The notes below the pieces were generated by a model that was not told where the DNA came from, made no database searches, and worked only from the letters and a program-made list of their open reading frames with translations. Position numbers and translations under genes: made by a program. Shown here piece after piece: positions 1 to 14,452 of a stretch of DNA of 64,000 nucleotides; the stretch's first letter is position 1; each line of letters opens with the position of its first letter. Origin of the DNA: Octopus vulgaris (taxonomy: Eukaryota); assembly GCA_951406725.2 (NCBI GenBank), contig OX597828.1, forward strand, positions 70,680,001 to 70,744,000, read 5' to 3'.

Positions 1-109
1 AGTTGGCGCCTATGATTCTTTTCAAGACTTCTGTGATTGGTGAGAGAAAAAAAAGAAGCGGGTAGTTTTGTTCCACACCAAAGGATTCACTGGAATATTT
101 TCAGTAAGT

Positions 110-722
110 CGGTGGTTCTAGGTTCAATCTCATGGCCATTCACGACCGATAGGGATCTTTACCATTTTTGACCGATGAACCCCTTCAATTCATATTTTAC
201 TCTACTGGACCTCCATAGCCATGGCTCAATGGTTAAAGCGTCAGGCTCGCAATCATGGCATAGTGAGTTCGATTCCCGTATTGGGCTCTGTGTTGTGTTC
301 TTGAGCAAGACACTTTATTTCACGTTGCTCCAGTTCACTCAGCTCTAGAAATGAGTTGCAACCTCATTAGTGCCAAGCTGTATCGGCCTTTGCCTTTCCT
401 TTGGATAACATCAGTGGCATGGAGAGGAGAGGCTGGCTTGCTTGGGCGACTGCCGGTCTTCCTTAAAAGAACAACCTTGCCCGGACTTGTGACTCGGAGG
501 GTAACTTTCTAGGTGCAATCGCAGGGTCATTCACGACCGAAGTGGGGGCTTTTTTACCCTATACTGTATTTGCATAATTAAATACTATTTGGAATTGTAT
601 AAAAAGTTGATAAAATATTTTTGTATTGAAGAAATATAAGCAATTTATTGCACATAAATTTTTTACGACAAAATTTTATAAGAATCCCCAAAGATCATAC
701 GGGCCCCGGGTCACAACCACTG
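110..722. mobile_element. hAT (Charlie-like) MITE interrupted by two SINE insertions
   Basis: Left end cggtggttct (110), right end caaccactg (714-722), resembling CAGTGGTTCTCAACC-type TIRs; a SINE 3' piece at ~118-163 and a full SINE at ~218-560 lie inside; 8-bp flanks only partly match (cagtaagt / ctgtaatg). Confidence 0.5.
218..560 (+). mobile_element. tRNA-derived SINE with CORE-like central domain
   Basis: A box tggctcaatgg (222-232), B box gagttcgattccc (265-277), then tgtgttcttgagcaagacacttt...cacgttgctccagt; its 3' body recurs on the minus strand at ~9400-9540. Confidence 0.8.
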
Positions 723-810
723 CTGTAATGAGTACCCTATGAAGGGTATCGAAGGACCAAGTTGTGGTGGGAAACCGGCCTTCTTCCCTGGTTCAGCCAA
801 GGCTACAGAC

Positions 811-1046
811 CAGCAGTTCTCAGCCAGGGTCCATATCAGGTTTCGTTCTTAAAATTTATGTACAATAAATTGCTCATACTTCTACGATACACAAAATATT
901 TCAATATTTTTTTATATAATTCCTAAGAATATTTCATTCTAAAGATATAATAGGATTTCTAGAACATCGAACAGCTATGAACGAGTGGTCGAGTAAAATA
1001 GGAAGCGAAGGGATCCATAGGTAAAACAAATGGTTGAGAGCCAGTG
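811..1046. mobile_element. hAT-type MITE
   Basis: Imperfect TIRs cagcagttctcagcc (811-825) / ggttgagagccagtg (1032-1046); AT-rich non-coding interior. Confidence 0.6.
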
Positions 1047-1203
1047 CAGTGGACCCAAGTCCTTCATTGATCCAGGGACAACATGTCAGTGTTTCCACCT
1101 ATTATTGTCTTTTACTGCATCGGAGAAAAGTTTGAAAAAGTTTGGTAAAATTGTTGAGGCCTTTTGGAAGACATCAATTAAAATGAATTTATTATTCTGC
1201 TGA

Positions 1204-1280
1204 TTGTTGTTGTTGTTGTTGTTATTGTTGTTGTTGTTGTTCTTCTTCTTCTTCTTCTTCTTCTTCTTCTTCTTCTTCTT

Positions 1281-1315
<35 letters not shown>

Positions 1316-1331
1316 GCTACTACTACTACTA
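1204..1331. repeat. compound trinucleotide microsatellite (TTG)n-(TTC)n-(TAC)n
   Basis: Direct reading. Confidence 0.95.
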
Positions 1332-1445
1332 CGTTCTCATATATGTGAAAATTATGATGTCTGTATGTGAGTGTACGCGCGTGAGTATGTATATGATTGT
1401 ATACGTACATACGTCCGTATACATACATACACATGTATGAATATG

Positions 1446-1483
<38 letters not shown>

Positions 1484-1857
1484 ATAAATATTAGGGAATA
1501 AATCCAAATTTACAGGGAAAAAATCAGATTTAGGATTAAATCCAATTTTATAGTAAAATATTATATAATATTATTAGAGACAAAACCACTATTTTGCAAA
1601 ACAAACAAGGAAAGACTTAATCAATACATAAAATTTTAATAAAAAGTCAAAAAAACCGCCACTACAATTGTTTCTTGTCCTGATCGACAATCTTCAGGTG
1701 GACTTCCAATTTTCAAGTCAGTTTCAAATTATGAAGATTGTCGATCAGGACAAGAAACAATTGTAGTGGCGGTTTTTTTGACTTTTTATTAAAATTTTAT
1801 GTATTGATTAAGTCTTTCCTTGTTTGTTTTGCAAAATAGTGGTTTTGTCTAATAATT
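1484..1857 (-). mobile_element. Penelope-like terminal remnant with 119-bp perfect inverted repeat, inside (TA)n
   Basis: Arms 1578-1696 and 1732-1850, 35-bp spacer, unpaired extension 1484-1577, (TA)n on both sides, hammerhead motif within. Confidence 0.8.
1659..1701 (-). ncRNA. minimal type I hammerhead ribozyme
   Basis: Minus strand CCAC-CUGAAGA-UUGUC gaucag GACAA-GAAA-CAAUUGU-A-GUGG: stem I CCAC/GUGG, intact CUGAnGA and GAAA core, 5-bp stem II, palindromic stem III ACAAUUGU, GUA cleavage triplet. Confidence 0.8.
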
Positions 1858-1879
1858 TATATATATATATATATAATAC

Positions 1880-1948
<69 letters not shown>

Positions 1949-2277
1949 CCTGTGTAGGAGTGGCGCTGTCCCAACCATATAAATACTACGCCACCCATTC
2001 GTACGTACCAACATACAAAGGTAGACGTTTCTCTTGCAATGGAAATGAATATATGCACAAAGCTAAATTTAACCTCGTCACCAAAGTTACTACCATCGTC
2101 GTCGTCGTCATCATCGCCATCATTCTTGTTGTTGGTGTTGTTATCGTCATCATTTGATGTTATCTAGACATTCGTTGTTGCTGTTGTTGTTGTTGTTGTT
2201 ATCGTATCTCGACAGACGTCATGCCATGCACACCACAGCACAGTTATCACATTTCAATCGACGAATGACATTAACAC

Positions 2278-2520
2278 TGGTGGCGGCGGCGGTGATGGCG
2301 GCGGCGGTGGTGGTGGTGATGGTGGTGGTGTCGCCCTCCTTGTAGTAGCGGTAGTGGAGGTTCTGGAGATGGAGGTGTGACGCTGGTGGTGGTAGTGGTG
2401 GTGGTGGTGGCGGTAGTGGCGGTAGCGGCGGCGGCGGCGGCGGTGCAGCTGTTACTGATGATGATGGTGGCGATTGTTGTTGTTTATGTAGTAGTAGTAG
2501 TGGTGGTGGTGGTGGTGTGT
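2278..2520. repeat. GC-rich (GGT/GGC/GTA)n degenerate trinucleotide tract
   Basis: Direct reading; similar tracts at 4393-4775, 34400-34710 and 48350-48452. Confidence 0.9.
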
Positions 2521-2627
2521 AACCGTGTGTACACAACAGTGGTTGTCATTACGCTATAAAGACGGAAACCCACTGTCTTAACTTTAGCAAACGATCATCC
2601 AATCCAAGCCAAGTGTTAAACTATTTG

Positions 2628-2718
<91 letters not shown>

Positions 2719-3214
2719 ACACATATATATTTAGAAATGTCCCCCTTCCCGAAACCTCATCACAGTCTCACTCACCCCGATATCTCTTTCTCCGTATCCC
2801 ATTACGCGTATATACATACATACACACACACACGCACCCTCACATATATATGTTCATTTTCGCATTTACACGCCCGTGGATTAACCCATGTGACTATTTG
2901 AATCCCAAATCAACAGGGAAATGCATGAACTGTGTAACAGTTGTAGTCGTGAAGTTTACAACTTTCACGTTCACAATCAAACCAGTAAGTTGTTCGAAGT
3001 TTTACATCCTACGTGTTTATAAACAGGGTCGCTTTTCTTTTTAACTTAACATATAATTATACGTAGGTATGCATTATTTATACAATGTTTGTTATGCGTT
3101 ATATATACAATGTATATAAATAGAAATGTATGTATGCCTCCATATACAATGTGTGTTAATTCATCAAGGGCAGAATCTTTAGAGGAACATAAATAATGCC
3201 TTGCGGTGTTTGTC

Positions 3215-3375
3215 GCAGCCCTTAAAGTTGAGTTCAAAACAAATGAAGGTCAACTTTGGTTTACATACTTTCGGGGTCGATAAAATAAAATGCCAGTGAA
3301 CTACCGAGGTCGATGCTATTGACTGATTCCCTCCACACAAAACTGCTGGCCTTGTGCCTAAATTAGGAACCAACA
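3215..3375 (+). mobile_element. degenerate SINE fragment (family A)
   Basis: gagttcaaa...ggtcaacttt...tttcggggtcgataaaataa matches family A copies such as 31732-31964. Confidence 0.6.
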
Positions 3376-3818
3376 TGTGTGTGCGTGTTTACGTGTGCAT
3401 GTCCGTGTGCGCGCGCGCGTGTGTGTGTTTTAATACAAGAGTTATTATCCGTGTTTGACCGTGTGTGTGTTTACGTGCGTCGATGTATGTAGGTGCATTT
3501 TAGGAAGTGTGTGTGTGTATGTGAAAGAGAGAGACAGGGATAGAGATAAAGAGAGAATGAGAGGCGAGGGATAGATAGGTATTTACTTAATGTCCCTATT
3601 AACATGTTAATAGATTACACACAGACGTGCAGACGTCTGTGTGTGTGTGTGTGTGTTGTGTGTGTGTGTGTGTGTGTTTGTGATAGTGTGAATCTGCGTG
3701 TGTGTGTGTCCTTGAAAATATATTTATGGTTCGGATTAGGGTATCTATATATGTATTTTGCGTTAGTGTTGCGAAATTCATCAAGAGTATGTATGTATGT
3801 ATGTGTATACATATATGT

Positions 3819-3876
<58 letters not shown>

Positions 3877-3888
3877 ATATATATGTAG

Positions 3889-3919
<31 letters not shown>

Positions 3920-4907
3920 CATGTATGTTTGCACGTACATATACAAGCTCATTTTTACAAATATATATATATATACACATACATGTCTGTGTACTTATAC
4001 ATATAGACACATAGATACATATATGTATGTATGTTTGTATGTGTGTATATATATTAGTGCGTATGTGTGTGCGTATGCGTGTATGTGCGTCACAGACAAA
4101 CGCACACATTTTGGTTACAACGTGTATGTGTGTATAAACATTGAGTGTCTGTCTCCTTGCTGAGTGTGTGTGTGTGTATAAGTGATGACCCTGCACCGCC
4201 GATATTCCTCCACTTCTTCACACCCCCTACCCTGAATAAGGGTTAGTTAAGTACCCCAGGGTGGATGGGTGAGGGAGGGTGGGGTAAACTCTGCACCCGA
4301 GAAACCCTATAACGTTAGTGACAGACCGTATAATTAATAACTTCAAAATACTAACTAATTACTAAGTACTGACCCCCAACCCCGTCCCTACACCGCCGCC
4401 ACCACCACCACCCCCTGCTGCCGCCGCCGCCACCATCGCCACAACCCCTGCTGCCGCCGCCGCCGCCACCACCACCACCATCGCCAAAACCACCAACACA
4501 AACATCGCATCCTCCTCGACGACATCACCAATAATATATACCACTAAATCAACCACCATTACAACACCGTCACCACTACTGCAAACACCACCACCGACAC
4601 CACCACCACCGCTACTACAACTACTACTGCTGCTGCTGCTGTTGCTGCTACTACGGCTACTGCCGTTTCTAATACTACGCGGCCTTCGTCACACCACCGC
4701 CTCCTCTTGCCCGTTACTTACACTACACCGCCACCATCGCTACCACCTCCCCCACCACCACCACCACCACCACCTCGCTAAGTGAAACCCACCTCTATGA
4801 CACTGGCTCCAATAAAATATATATTTACACAATACATTGACTATAGATATGATTATGGAGCCCAGGAGTGTCTGAGTACGGATACACATACATGTATATG
4901 TACGTAA

Positions 4908-4944
<37 letters not shown>

Positions 4945-5539
4945 TATATATATATATATATATGATTGTATGTATTAATAAAAGCGAAATTTCTGTCTTT
5001 CCGTCTGGGACCCCTGTATCTCAGTCTACATTTGCTCTACATAGACATATATCTTTTTGGAATCAGGATGATCTCGGAATTGAAAATCTGTTCTTCATTT
5101 GGTTCTTGAACATCCAGCATTGGGAATCTGATTTAAAAGCATTTGGGTTGCTATTTCTTGCAGGTAAAGCTTGGCTGATTCACGTCATGTGAATGACGTC
5201 AGAGATCAAGCGACAGACATTTGCTTCGTTAATTTTACGTCAAGATAAGAACTTTGGGACAAATTGGCCAACTGGAATTCAATTTGGGACTGGAACAATG
5301 GAATGATTGCATTGCAGAATTAATTCTCATCTGTCCGTAACCCCTGATCGAACACCAGCAGGGCATATAGTCATTATAGACGTATTTTAATCATGCTCTT
5401 TAGCTCTCTTTCCTTTTGGGGCCACAGGCCTCATTTAGCCCTCCACAGTAAGCAACCCAAAAGTCCGCACAGTGCGGTTTTTAAGTCAGTATATATATTA
5501 TATATCAAGATATAATGTATATATATTGTACACACATAC

Positions 5540-6052
5540 AGGTATATTTCTGTGAATTGATGTAGTAAGAAGCTTGCTTCCCAACCACATCGTTCCGGGT
5601 TCAGTCCCACTGCATGGCACCTTGGGCGAGCGTCTTCTACTATAGCTTCGGGCCGACCAAAGCCTTGTGAGTGGATTTGGTAGAGGGAAATTGAAAGAAG
5701 CCCGTTGTATATATACATACGTACGTACGTATGTATGTATGTGTGTGTGTGTGTGTGTGTTTGTGTGTGTATGTGTTTGTGTGTGTATGTGTTTGTGTGT
5801 GCATGTGTTTGTGTGTATGTGTGTGTTTGTGTGTGTGTATGTGTTTGTGTGTGTCTGTGTTTGGATCCCCATCATCGCTTCACAACTGATGCTGGTGTGT
5901 TTATGTTCCTGTAACTTAACGGTTCGGCAAAAGGGTCCGGTAGAATAAGTACTAGGCTTACAAAGAATAAGTCCTGGAGTTGATTTGTTCGACTAAAGGC
6001 GGTGCTCCAGCATGGCCGTAGTCAAATGACTGAAGCAAGTAAAATAAAAGAA
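5540..6052 (+). mobile_element. SINE family B with internal (TG)n microsatellite
   Basis: Head ...agcttgcttcccaaccac...gggttcagtcccactgc, CORE-like caccttgggcgagcgtcttc, internal microsatellite, tail ggtgctccagcatggcc...gtcaaatgactgaa..aagtaaaa; homologous to 18727-19221. Confidence 0.8.
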
Positions 6053-6232
6053 TTTATACACACACATACGCGCGCACACACACACACAGATACACACACA
6101 GACACAGTCACACACACACACACACACACACACACATGAGATGAAAGTTGACTGATTTGTGATTTAAAAATTTCGCCGGTAGCAGTTCAGCGAATCATGT
6201 GTGCGAGGGAATTTCAGTCACTTAGCATCTCG

Positions 6233-6343
<111 letters not shown>

Positions 6344-6394
6344 TGTGTGTCTGTGTCTGTGTGTGCATGCGTGCTTGTATGTGTATGAGTGAGT

Positions 6395-6461
<67 letters not shown>

Positions 6462-7285
6462 ATATACATGTATGTGTATCCGTACTCAGACACTTCTGGA
6501 CTCCGTAATCATATTTATAGTCGATGTGTTTCTTTTCTTGTTCAGTTTGTCCGAGATTTTAATAAGATACATTTTCTCTTTATAAAACTGAACCTGAATC
6601 CATACGAACTCCTTAACCACATCGCCCCGCTTGGAACCCAGCAGCTCTTGCACTCCAGTTAAAGGAATTCAGTGCCAAGATGACTCATGCCGAGACGTCC
6701 CTTGATAGATGTATCATCTCCATAAGAACCTGCTGGAAATTGTTTTATCCAGACGAAAGAAATGGTAACCAAATAAATCATCCAGACGTGTTCCTGCAGT
6801 CAAAGACTTCTGAAGACAGCTTAACGCATAAATTCCGAGACAACAGGAAATAACTGAAGCAATAAATGGTCTTGAAAGAAATCTGGCATCAATTCATTGA
6901 TCCAACAATTAGTGGCGCTGTTAAATCATTAATTGGATCCCCGCAAATGCAAGAAAACCACACAAAACATAGACAACTCGTTGTAGATGAAATTGTAACG
7001 GTTAAAACAGACTAAAAAATATATATATTTATATACTGTTGTTGTTTTATGTTAATATTGAATTAAAGGAATATGCAATACTTTTTAGTATAGTGCAAAT
7101 GTTTATAAACAAAACGTTGTCAGTGACTTCAAAGTTTGTATGTATGTATACATATATATATACACACACATACACATACATACATATATATGTATGTATG
7201 TACGCAGACGCATATATATATATACATATAGTGAGAAAGGGTACAAATGAAGCAAAAACGAAAGACAGACAGATGGATAGATTGG

Positions 7286-7341
<56 letters not shown>

Positions 7342-7560
7342 CAGATAGATAGATAAAGGGAGAGAGGGAGAAAGATGTGTAGATGTAACAACATCTATTG
7401 TCCTCTGACGTTAACAGCCAGCCGCCATTACTAAAAGAAATAATTACGCCATTTGTCTGTCATTACCTGAATATTGTAGGTGTACAATGGCATCCCTCGT
7501 GATTAGAAATATGTAGCCTGGTATGTGTTCAAATGTATATATGTATACATACACACATGC

Positions 7561-7592
<32 letters not shown>

Positions 7593-7675
7593 GCAAGTGT
7601 GCGTATATGTATGTATATATATATATATACATACATACATGTTTTTGTGTGTGTGTGTATATTCATACATACACA

Positions 7676-7716
<41 letters not shown>

Positions 7717-8010
7717 AGAGAGGGAGAGAGAAAGAGACAGACAGATGAGGAGGAGGATGAGGAGGAGGAAGATGAAGAGGAAGGGAGAAGTGGTAGTTAT
7801 AGCGTTATATGGGTCGTTAAGCAAAGGGGACACTACCCAAAGCTTCTTCAGTTTTATTCGTGCGCATGTGCTTACGTGTGTATATATGTATATATATGCC
7901 TTTGTATGAATATGTATATATGTGAAAAAATATATATACATATATGTATGTGTGTATATATATGTATGCATATATATATGTATATATATGCATATATATA
8001 TGTATGTATG

Positions 8011-8041
<31 letters not shown>

Positions 8042-8257
8042 TTATGTATGTATGTATGTATACAGGTATACATATATACATACCTACATATGTGTATGTG
8101 CATACAGGCATATGGAAATACCAATATCTTTCTACCTTACAATAATGTTTATGTTTGTTTACATACATACCCAGGTAAAACTCATTCAGCTTTTATTTCT
8201 TCCTATAGATTATATACGTGTATCAGTGCTGTTGTCTGAGTCTGTACCTGTGTGTGT

Positions 8258-8317
<60 letters not shown>

Positions 8318-9399
8318 ATCCGTGTGTGTGTGTGTGTGTGTGTGTGTGCGAATCCGTGTGTGTGTGTAAAGTTTTGCTGTCAAGATATGTTTACGTATTG
8401 TCTCATAACGATAAGTCCTTTTGTTTGCAACAATTTATTTTATTAATCCCTACTTCAAACTCAGAGTACCTTCTTACAGCACGTGCTAAGTTACGAGATG
8501 TTTTGTACTGAACAACCTGAAGACGACTGGATGACATACTGATCGAAATATAGAACCGAGTATTGAGACAACTGAAGCGAGTTTAATACTAATAAAATCT
8601 AGATGTTCCACCTGATAACGTTCCTGTGGATTGCTGGTTTCGCTAAAATTTCTATTTATTTTATTACTTCCGTGATCAACTTGTATTATAGAGATCTTCT
8701 TTACCTCTTCCACAGCTTCCATAATTTCGTTTCATAGAGCTAGCTAGTGTCATGTCCCACCCGATAGGCAAGAAGACATACAGAGAGACCGAATGAGAAA
8801 GAGAGATAATCTCTTTTACAATCTCCTTGGCTCATATCTAACATGACGGCCGAACTGCTAGCTTATTTAATCTACGATTGAATAATTGCAGATATATTTG
8901 CATGAAACTATGAAAATTTTATTAACATCACTTTACTATTAAAAGACAGTATTCAGCCACAAATGCTGTACCATTGGTTCGTTATTGACTTAGAGTGTGT
9001 ATACATACACACACACTCACGCACTTACACACATACATACATACATACATACATACATACATACATACATACATACATACATACATACATACATACATAC
9101 AAACATACATACATACATAAATTCATACATACGTACATGCATACATACATACAAACATACATACATACATGCATACATACATACATACATACAAACATAC
9201 ATACATACATACATGCATACATACATACATACAAACATACATGCATACATACATACATACATATATATATACATACATACATACATATATACACACACAT
9301 TCACGCACTTACACACATACATACATATGTATATATTTACACAGAAATGCACGAATATAGGGGCTCCATCGGTCAGTGTTGATCATACATTTATACATG

Positions 9400-9545
9400 T
9401 ATGTGCAGGCCTGGGCAAGATTTTATGAAGACAACTGGCAGTTGGTCATGCATACAAGTCTTCTACTAATCATTCCACTGATATTTAAACAAGAGAAAGG
9501 CCATTGACATTGGCCGATAGAGCTTGGCACCAACGTCTTGCTAGA
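9400..9545 (-). mobile_element. SINE 3' body fragment related to 218-560
   Basis: Reverse complement ggtgccaagctctatcggcc...atcagtgg...aactgccagttgtcttc...cttgcccagg aligns with 370-490. Confidence 0.6.
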
Positions 9546-9932
9546 AAACTGCTCTCAAAACAGAAAGGCCTGAAACAGATACCAAAAGATATCTTACCTG
9601 ATCCTCGAACAATCCCGTAAATCCGCCTCCCTGGGGTGTTGCCATACGCTCGCAAGCATTTACACACACACACACACATACTTATGCAGTGCGGTACCGA
9701 TGTACTCACCTTAATGTAACCCATTCCGCCACTCAACCATCAATGCTTAATCCATGGAACAAGAGAGACGAGGGCATGGCCGGGTCTGTTCAGTAAAAAT
9801 TATGTTTAATCCGTGTGTAACAGAGCTGAGTCTACTAATGGTACCCCAGGGGCAACAGATGGTTGCATGGTTCCCCAGATGTGGGTGGGACGACGAGTGT
9901 GTAAAATTACAAATCTGCATATAGTCGTGTTT

Positions 9933-9971
<39 letters not shown>

Positions 9972-10860
9972 CATGTGTGTGTGTGCGTGTGTGCGTTTCT
10001 GGATGTGTCTTGGTGTGTCTAACTGCGTGCGTGTGTGTTTGAATGTGTTTACTCGATAATAAGTGTATGTATGAGCATATGCATTTTTCTATGTATGTCT
10101 GCATGCATGCATGTATGTGTGTGTATGTATGTATGTATGTATGTATGTATGTATGTATGTATGTAGGTAGGTAGGTATGTGCGTATGTATGTATGTATGT
10201 ATGTATGTATGTTTGTTTGTATGTATGTATGTTTGTATGTATGTGTGTATGTATGTATGTATGTATGTATGTATGTATGTATGTATGTAGGTAGGTATGT
10301 GCGTATGTATGTATGTATGTATGTATGTGTGTTAAATTGTATGTTTGTGTGTATGTATGTATGTATGTGTGTATGTATGTATGTGTGTATGTATGTATGT
10401 ATGCATGTATGTATGTGTGTTAAATTGTATTTATGTTGTGTTTAAGTGTGTGTGAGCGTGTGTGTGTGTGTGTGAGTGCCTCTGCATATGTATATGCGCG
10501 TGTGTCTAATTATATATGTGAGTATGCATGTGTTCGTTTCTGTAAATGCGAATGCGTGTGTCTATGAGTTTGCGTCTAAGCCTGTGGGCGGGGCGGGGGT
10601 GCGCGTGTGTGCATGTTCATGGATGTCTCTCTGCCAGCGCAGGAGTGCATGCACGTACATGTAATTATTTGAATATGTGTGCGTGTATGCAGGTACATAA
10701 GCGTGTGCGTATCTGTGTGTATGTGTGTGTGTGTGAGTGTGTGTATTTGTGTGTGCTTGTACGTATTTCTGTTTATGTACTTGTATACGTGAGCACTTGT
10801 ATGAATTATACGCACACTTGCTCATACTTACACACAGTATAAATACATGCATATATATAA

Positions 10861-10948
<88 letters not shown>

Positions 10949-11073
10949 ATTACGCATATGCATTTACGTATATATGTATGCATGTTCCTCTCTCTCTCAA
11001 TATCTATCTATTTCTATGTATATACATACATACATACGTTGATACGCACGTACATACATACATACATACAAAC

Positions 11074-11104
<31 letters not shown>

Positions 11105-11331
11105 CATACATACATACATACATACATACAAAATACATACATACATGCATGCATACACACACATGTGTATGTATAACACATTCCTATACAATTATATACG
11201 TTATCTTGTTATTTAGGAGATAGCTAAATACACACACACACAGAGTTACACATACAAACACTCATGAACATTGACACCCATACATAAACACACACACACA
11301 CATGTACAAACATTTATGTCTCTACACGTGT

Positions 11332-11386
<55 letters not shown>

Positions 11387-12028
11387 ATACATACGGATGT
11401 GTTTGTGTGTTGTCGTGTTAATGTGGCTTTATGTCTCGTACGAGTGTATATAAACTACAAAGCTAGATGTCTACATATCTGCACGTCTGTACATACCCGT
11501 ATGTAATGTCAAGCGGGTGTATAAGCCGAGATTTATACCCCACACTTCAGCATAAATGTCAACCATGTTTGGCCCGGAGCGGTTAATTGAAACCCAAACT
11601 TTTAGCGTCTGATTAATTATTTAATAAAGATCTCTTCCAGGTTCTCCACCCTGATTAACTCCCCAACAGACACTCTAATGTGTGTGTGTGCATGTGCGTG
11701 TGTATGCGTGTGTGCGTGCACGGGGAGGGGTGGGGTATAAAGTGTCTGTGTATGTGTGTATGTATGTGTGCATGGATGCGTGTACGTATGTATGTTTGAT
11801 GTGCGTGATTTTAGTATTATTTGTATACATGTACATACAGACGCACACATATGTATATGTAAGTAAATGTGCTTACATATATATATGTGTGTGTGGCTGT
11901 GTGCGTGTGTGTATGTATATAGATATGTATATATAGGTGTATGTATATTTCTATGTAGATATATATCGTTTTTCTAGTGCATGTATATATTATATATATT
12001 TACACATGCGTGTTTGTATGTGTGTATG

Positions 12029-12102
<74 letters not shown>

Positions 12103-13824
12103 CATGTGTGACCATCTTGTTTGTGTACCTGCTTGTTATGCGTTCTTATACAGTAAAAGAAAGTTCATGAGTACCAAGAAGCCAAGAACTCCGCTTGTTT
12201 TGTCAATAGTATTGCACTAAAGTTCTCTCTGTATGTAACTGAATTCCTTCTTCGCAGATCTGTAGAATTCGTATAAATTTTGTTCCAGTCAACGATTTAG
12301 ACATTGATAATATGCTGCCCGCCAAGAAATACTCGCCTATTTTACGATAATTTTTTTATATTAGGGTGCGAAGTAATTGTAGAGGCTATAAATTGTTTAA
12401 TGTAGCGACGGCAAGGTTTTGTGAGTGAATATTTGCGTACCTCCTGAGCTGATATCAGTAGAAATCTAGATCTGCAGACTTCGGTCTTTATCGAAATGAT
12501 GGGATAATCGTTTTGCGAATTAAAATGGATGCTGTTACAAATTATTTCCTTTAACATAAAAATCAAAGTAGATACGAATCTAAATAGATTTAATTTTTGA
12601 GATACAATATTAGATTAATGTGCTGATAAGTATTTCCCTTTTAGTAACTCTTCCGAAAAATTGCAGAATAATTAACTCTAACATAATCCTTAAAAGCTGA
12701 GTGAAGAACATTACTGATGGCATCCACAGGTTTCTTGTGGTGGAGAATGCTTTAATCATGTTGCCTATTTGTACATTGACGCTTTGACAGACAGTGGCTT
12801 TCAAGATAAAACACGTGACATTCAGTACAGCATTAAAATTCATAAACGCAAAAGCTATTAATGAAATATTATAATTTAAATCTCCGTCCCAGTGTTATCA
12901 AGTTTTTCCCAAATCTTTGGGCCTCTCCAGTTTGAGTTTTTCTGTATAAAATTTCAGCGACCATAATAACCGCCCTCTCCGCAATGTATGTCGTTATAAA
13001 CTTTAAATCATTGAGTTAATGTCTCCCTTGAAGATAACAGTGAAACAAAAGCTGGACACGACTAGCTAAAATCTTTGCTTAAAGAAATCTTTTAGCAACA
13101 TATATACCTTCAGACAACAACAACAACAAAAAGACGTTCTTTGTTTCATTATAGAAATATATCTTGAATATAAACGATGAGAATAGAAATAGTTTAAAAT
13201 AGAATCGATCCAGTTTAAAACAATGAGTCTCGCACAATAATGGGTTTAGACGGTGTGACGACGACCACGCACTTGATATTTTCTTTTAAGCACGTGAAGA
13301 AATTTCTAGTTGATTTCAGGTCTTCGGTATCATATTCATAAAACAAACTTAGCCAAAAAATGGTAAAGGTTAATGAGCTTTCAGTGTTTGTGAATAAATA
13401 TACGAAATATATGACCATCTTTCAGGGTGTTAAAAATTCAGTTGGTAGCTGGAAATTTCTCAAGAAATACCGGTGGAAGCGTCTGCAAGAATTCCTAATT
13501 CCGATCTTTTGCGCAAAATTGCAAAAAAACTGTAATGTAATATTTTCCATCTGCTGTTGATTAATCATATTTCGATGTGCCTGGCAAGAGTTTTCCCTTT
13601 TTTTTTTTGCCAAACTGCATCGCTACTTCAATTGTTTGAATAATCGGTAACGTGATATTCGGGGTTTTGATTCACGTGCTTCGGCTTGTAATAAACTATA
13701 CACTCACATTCTTGCTTGGAAACACAAATTTTCACAATCGCACACGCACACACACACACGTGTGTGTGTGTGTGTGTGTGTACATGCGTGTGAGTGTGTA
13801 TCTATATTCAAAGGTCTTAGTTAC

Positions 13825-13867
13825 ATGCTGGAAGTACAAATGCTGGAAGTACAAATGCTGGAAGCAC
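13825..13867. repeat. 15-bp tandem repeat atgctggaagtacaa, about 3 copies
   Basis: Direct reading. Confidence 0.9.
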
Positions 13868-14144
13868 GAACAATCTTTCATTCCGAACTCAAAAAAAAAA
13901 AAGAGAAACAAAGACAGCAAGAACGTTAGTTACCATGAATCCCTTTGTTGAGAATCATTCCCGCAGGTTTTGTCAGGCTAAGACTATTTTGAAACGTATT
14001 TCTTTGGTGTGATGAGTAGAAACGTTGTATTCCAAATAATACTATTATGGTTCCTTAAAAACATTCGGTACCAACTAAATCATGGGTCTCCAAAAACGTC
14101 GCTTAACATGATAGATTATTATATATATATATATATATATATAC

Positions 14145-14224
<80 letters not shown>

Positions 14225-14452
14225 CGGGAAGCTTTATGAAAATAGACAAAAGACGAAGGCAAGTTTACGGAAATAAACAAAAGACGAAGGCAGGTGGAAT
14301 ACAAACAAACAATTGTATTAGTATGGCGCTCAGGAAATATAAATAAAGTCTTTAACGTTTCGAGCCTACGCTCTTCAACAGAAAGATACACAGAGAAAAA
14401 ACACAGAAAGAAGGAGAGAAAAAAATATGCGTGCAGAAGCTAGCGAATCAAC
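14225..14452 (-). mobile_element. Penelope-like terminal remnant in (TA)n with hammerhead-like motif
   Basis: Flanked by (TA)n; minus strand 14386-14349 reads UCUUU-CUGUUGAA-GAGC guag GCUC-GAAA-CGU-U-AAAGA; internal ~24-bp direct duplication aaata(g/a)acaaaagacgaaggca. Confidence 0.65.

Noticed and set aside
2219-2536. Poly-Pro/Thr/Ala ORF resembling a transcription-factor low-complexity exon (also 34340-34804, 48286-48635)
   Set aside because: Derived from GGT/GGC trinucleotide tracts open in several frames; no domain or convincing splice context
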